DNA from: Naegleria gruberi
Taxonomy: Eukaryota
Strand: one strand, 5' to 3'
DNA: 1,009 nucleotides
NCBI GenBank assembly: GCA_000004985.1
Contig: GG739620.1
Shown: positions 1 through 1,009 of the stretch, one piece after another
How the letters are laid out: each line of letters starts with the position of its first letter
Position numbering within the stretch: the stretch's first letter is position 1
Notes under the pieces: generated by a model
What the model was told of the DNA's origin: nothing
What the model saw: only the letters and a program-made list of their open reading frames with translations
Database searches by the model: none
Translations under genes and position numbers: made by a program

Positions 1-2
1 AG

Positions 3-92
3 GAAAAGGTTGCACTCAAAGAATTGGAAAAGTACAAACAAACCGAAAGTCCTCTTGTTTTCAAACATTACAGAAAGACTAAATCCAAGTAA
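3..92 (+). CDS. Possible 3' end of an unidentified protein-coding gene (start lies left of the window). Frame 3 reads EKVALKELEKYKQTESPLVFKHYRKTKSK followed by a TAA stop at 90-92.
   Basis: All three + frames are open over the first ~80 nt, so stop codons alone cannot choose a frame. Frame 3 gives a protein-like, charged C-terminal tail. It uses codons preferred in the rest of the window (gaa, aag, gtt, ttg, tac, caa, aga, tcc) and ends in TAA. No homology search was possible. Confidence 0.3.
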   Translation, partial: EKVALKELEKYKQTESPLVFKHYRKTKSK

Positions 93-202
93 TTAAATAT
101 TTGTTGATTTTAAGTTTGAAAATGTGAGACAATATTTTTTCCCTGTCTGGTTCAGCTTATTGCCCTATCTCAGAACGCCTTATCATCCTTAATTTAATGT
201 AA

Positions 203-274
203 GGGACCATGGTCTAGTGGTATGATTCTCGCTTTGGGTGCGAGAGGCCGTGGGTTCGATTCCCACTGGTCCCC
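203..274 (+). tRNA. tRNA-Pro with anticodon UGG, eukaryotic cytoplasmic type and intronless.
   Basis: I folded a 72-nt cloverleaf by hand. The acceptor stem is 203-209 GGGACCA paired perfectly with 267-273 TGGTCCC. U8 is at 210. The anticodon stem is 228-232 CTCGC paired with 240-244 GCGAG, and the loop is 233-239 TTTGGGT, so the anticodon is TGG at 235-237. The variable loop is 5 nt (245-249). The T arm is 250-254 GTGGG, TTCGATT, 262-266 CCCAC. The discriminator is C274, and CCA is not encoded (274 is followed by TTT). The A box TGGTCTAGTGG (210-220) and B box GGTTCGATTCC (252-262) match the RNA polymerase III internal promoter consensus. Body positions 8-48 (210-249) are the same as the yeast tRNA-Pro(UGG) exons as I remember them. 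Confidence 0.92.
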
Positions 275-279
275 TTTCC

Positions 280-305
280 TTTTATTCAATTCAACACGTA
301 TTTTT
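280..305 (+). terminator. Probable RNA polymerase III termination T-runs downstream of tRNA-Pro: a T4 at 280-283 and a T5 at 301-305.
   Basis: Oligo-T tracts on the coding strand directly 3' of the tRNA. The first run (TTTT, then ATT) is short and the T5 run is about 27 nt past the tRNA end. The actual stop point is uncertain. Confidence 0.4.
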
Positions 306-444
306 GTTCTCAATAGTATCATTACTTGGAAATTGCAGTTCCACAACTTGGCAGGAGTGATTGATCCATTTTACTATAAGAACACCTGCTAATCCATAAA
401 AAATCATAAAGTATTATTTAAAAAACGACTAAATTGTAATAGTT

Positions 445-450
445 TTTATT
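445..450 (-). promoter_or_regulatory. AATAAA polyadenylation-signal-like hexamer on the - strand, 25-30 nt downstream of the SDR stop codon.
   Basis: The + strand reads tttatt at 445-450, which is AATAAA on the - strand. It sits in the AT-rich 3' flank of the - strand gene, whose TAA stop is at 475-477. Hexamers like this are frequent in AT-rich DNA, so support is weak. Confidence 0.3.
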
Positions 451-474
451 AAAGAAGTCCAAGTTTACAAATAA

Positions 475-733
475 TTACAAGAAAAATTCAGAATCCTTCT
501 TGATGAGGTTCTTACTAGATTCCCACAATTCAACTTGTTTTTCCACTTCGTAGGATTCGTCAGAGGAATTTTTCTTTTCCTTTCCATCATAATAAGATCC
601 AGAGATTATTCCAGTTTCGTTTGGATTCACCAATTTTGCTAAATCGCCACCAGAAACAGATAATTCTCTTCTCAAATCCTTTGCATGTTCAATCATTCCC
701 TTTTTTCTTTCAGGATCAATATTTCTTGTCAAA
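475..733 (-). CDS. Terminal exon of an SDR gene of the retinol-dehydrogenase / Env9 / WWOX-like subfamily: the C-terminal region plus the TAA stop. The ORF-track start at 732 is TTG, not ATG. I place the exon start at 733, after a TAG acceptor.
   Basis: Open frame 475-732 from the track. Position 733 completes a split AGT codon with the last two bases of the upstream exon. The tail SGSYYDGKEKKNSSDESYEVEKQVELWESSKNLI fits the conserved C-terminal pattern of RDH-type SDRs (G-x-Y-[FY]-x-D ... E-x-LW-E-x-S-x-x-L). I am recalling human RDH12 (...SGKYFSDCK...AERLWNVSCELLG) from memory. The family call depends mainly on the upstream exon. Confidence 0.65.
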
Positions 734-782
734 CTAATTATGGAAATAGTTGAATATTTATCTGAAACTATTCGATACTTAC
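734..782 (-). other. Predicted 49-nt spliceosomal intron on the - strand, phase 2.
   Basis: On the - strand the donor is caaG|GTAAGTat with GT at 782-781, a perfect match to the AG|GTAAGT consensus. The acceptor is taatTAG|t with AG at 735-734. Splicing joins frame A upstream to the ORF frame downstream with no frameshift, which had a 1-in-3 chance of happening by accident. The interval is about 24% GC against about 35% in the flanking coding sequence. Without splicing, the ORF frame reads low-complexity ...KYSTISIIS... and hits a stop at 819-817 with no ATG. The weakness is that there is no recognisable branch-point motif: no TACTAAC and no CTRAY. Confidence 0.5.
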
Positions 783-957
783 CTTGTTTCTGGAATAAAT
801 CCAGGATTGAAACAAGTTACACGGAATTGATTCTTGAATTCACTTGAATTTTGTAATCTTTTCCATAATTCATAAGTGAACAGAATATTCAAGAGTTTGG
901 AAGTTGGATATCTACTTCCAATTTCTTCTGGAGTTTCGTATGGTGGTGAATGAGTTT
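783..957 (-). CDS. Internal exon of the same SDR gene, encoding the catalytic YxxxK motif and the PG motif. Its 5' boundary is uncertain; the frame is closed by an in-frame TGA at 959-961.
   Basis: This - strand frame runs 58 codons without a stop in DNA that is about 67% A+T, which I estimate happens by chance about 1% of the time. It translates to ETHSPPYETPEEIGSRYPTSKLLNILFTYELWKRLQNSSEFKNQFRVTCFNPGFIPET. The catalytic Y-P-T-S-K fits YxxxK, and the following LLNILFTYELWKRL matches the SDR consensus Y-x-x-SK-LAN-x-LFT-x-EL-x-x-RL. RDH12 has [20 protein letters not shown] as I remember it. FRVTCFNPGFIPET matches the [IV]R[VC]-x-x-x-x-PG-x-[VI]-x-T motif. Codon use is yeast-like, with cca, aga, ttg and gaa preferred. 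There is no in-frame ATG inside the open stretch. Confidence 0.55.
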
Positions 958-1009
958 CTCAATGGATCATATTTTGCTTTTGGCATTGGATTTTCATTTT
1001 GATCTGTTT

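Noticed and set aside
1-202. A retrotransposon LTR footprint upstream of the tRNA, of the kind typical of Ty-like insertions near polymerase III genes in yeasts.
   Set aside because: I can recognise no TG...CA terminal inverted repeats, no target-site duplication and no LTR-like sequence. Most of this region is better explained as the 3' end and 3' UTR of a + strand gene.
271-275. A CCCCT stress-response-element-like pentamer.
   Set aside because: It is simply the 3' acceptor strand and discriminator of the tRNA followed by the first T. Its position is downstream of the - strand gene, not in a promoter.
730-732. The ORF-track start codon of the 85-aa ORF, which would imply a bacterial-style gene.
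   Set aside because: The start codon is TTG (+ strand caa at 730-732), not ATG. The adjacent tRNA is plainly eukaryotic, so alternative bacterial start codons do not apply. The frame continues open upstream and is better explained by the splice acceptor at 734.
475-732. Reading the 85-aa product as a stand-alone small hydrophilic stress protein (hydrophilin- or Con-6-like, on the strength of GGDLAKLVNPNE and EHAKDL).
   Set aside because: The motif resemblance is loose and the order of elements does not fit the Con-6 repeat. The upstream exon carries clear SDR YxxxK and PG motifs in splice-compatible phase. The C-terminal G-x-Y-Y-D...LWE-S pattern fits RDH-type SDR tails much better.
821-850. 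A GAA/TTC array (TTCttGAAttcacttGAA, with a CTTGAATT direct repeat at 833-840 and 843-850) that resembles a gap-type heat-shock element, plus an EcoRI site.
   Set aside because: It lies inside the predicted SDR coding exon, where it encodes NSSEFKNQF. It is therefore not positioned as a promoter element. Short GAA/TTC periodicity is common in AT-rich coding DNA. Its 10-nt repeat offset is not a codon repeat.
790-873. An alternative gene model with a 30-nt first exon ATG AAT TAT GGA AAA GAT TAC AAA ATT CAA (873-844, - strand), a GTGAAT donor at 843, and a ttattccAG acceptor at 791-790, giving MNYGKDYKIQ|KQGKYRIVSDKYSTISIISLTRN...
   Set aside because: It has to ignore the much stronger GTAAGT donor at 782. 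It translates the 24%-GC interval into low-complexity ISTISIIS. It also discards the 58-codon frame that carries the SDR catalytic motifs.
1-1009. CRISPR arrays, prokaryotic defence or mobile-element systems, operon structure.
   Set aside because: There are no direct-repeat and spacer periodicity, no inverted-repeat termini and no Shine-Dalgarno-led ORFs. The tRNA architecture, the polymerase III boxes, the spliceosomal intron signals and the AATAAA hexamer all indicate a eukaryotic nuclear locus.

Overview
This window reads as AT-rich eukaryotic nuclear DNA with yeast- or fungal-like codon preferences, not a prokaryotic locus. I see no mobile element, CRISPR array or defence-type system; this is an ordinary but mis-parsed locus. 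Three things are present. (1) On the + strand, bases 3-92 look like the last 29 codons plus a TAA stop of a gene whose start lies left of the window. This call is weak. (2) On the + strand, bases 203-274 are a textbook eukaryotic cytoplasmic tRNA-Pro with anticodon UGG. It has no intron and no encoded CCA, it carries A and B boxes, and T-runs follow it downstream. (3) On the - strand, the 85-aa ORF from the track is not a free-standing small gene. Its listed start is TTG, an artefact of bacterial start-codon rules. It is the terminal exon (475-733) of a spliced short-chain dehydrogenase/reductase (SDR) gene of the retinol-dehydrogenase / Env9 / WWOX type. A 49-nt intron (734-782) separates it from an upstream exon (783 to about 957). 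The intron has a canonical AAG|GTAAGT donor, a TAG acceptor and the correct phase. The upstream exon encodes the SDR catalytic YxxxK motif (RYPTSKLLNILFTYELWKRLQ) and the PG motif (FRVTCFNPGFIPET). That reading frame stops at an in-frame TGA (959-961) inside what must be the conserved domain. The gene therefore probably continues through a further intron beyond the right edge of the window, or it is damaged. The tRNA and the SDR gene converge, and about 200 bp of AT-rich DNA between them holds both 3' ends. Everything here is read by eye from the sequence; no search was run.
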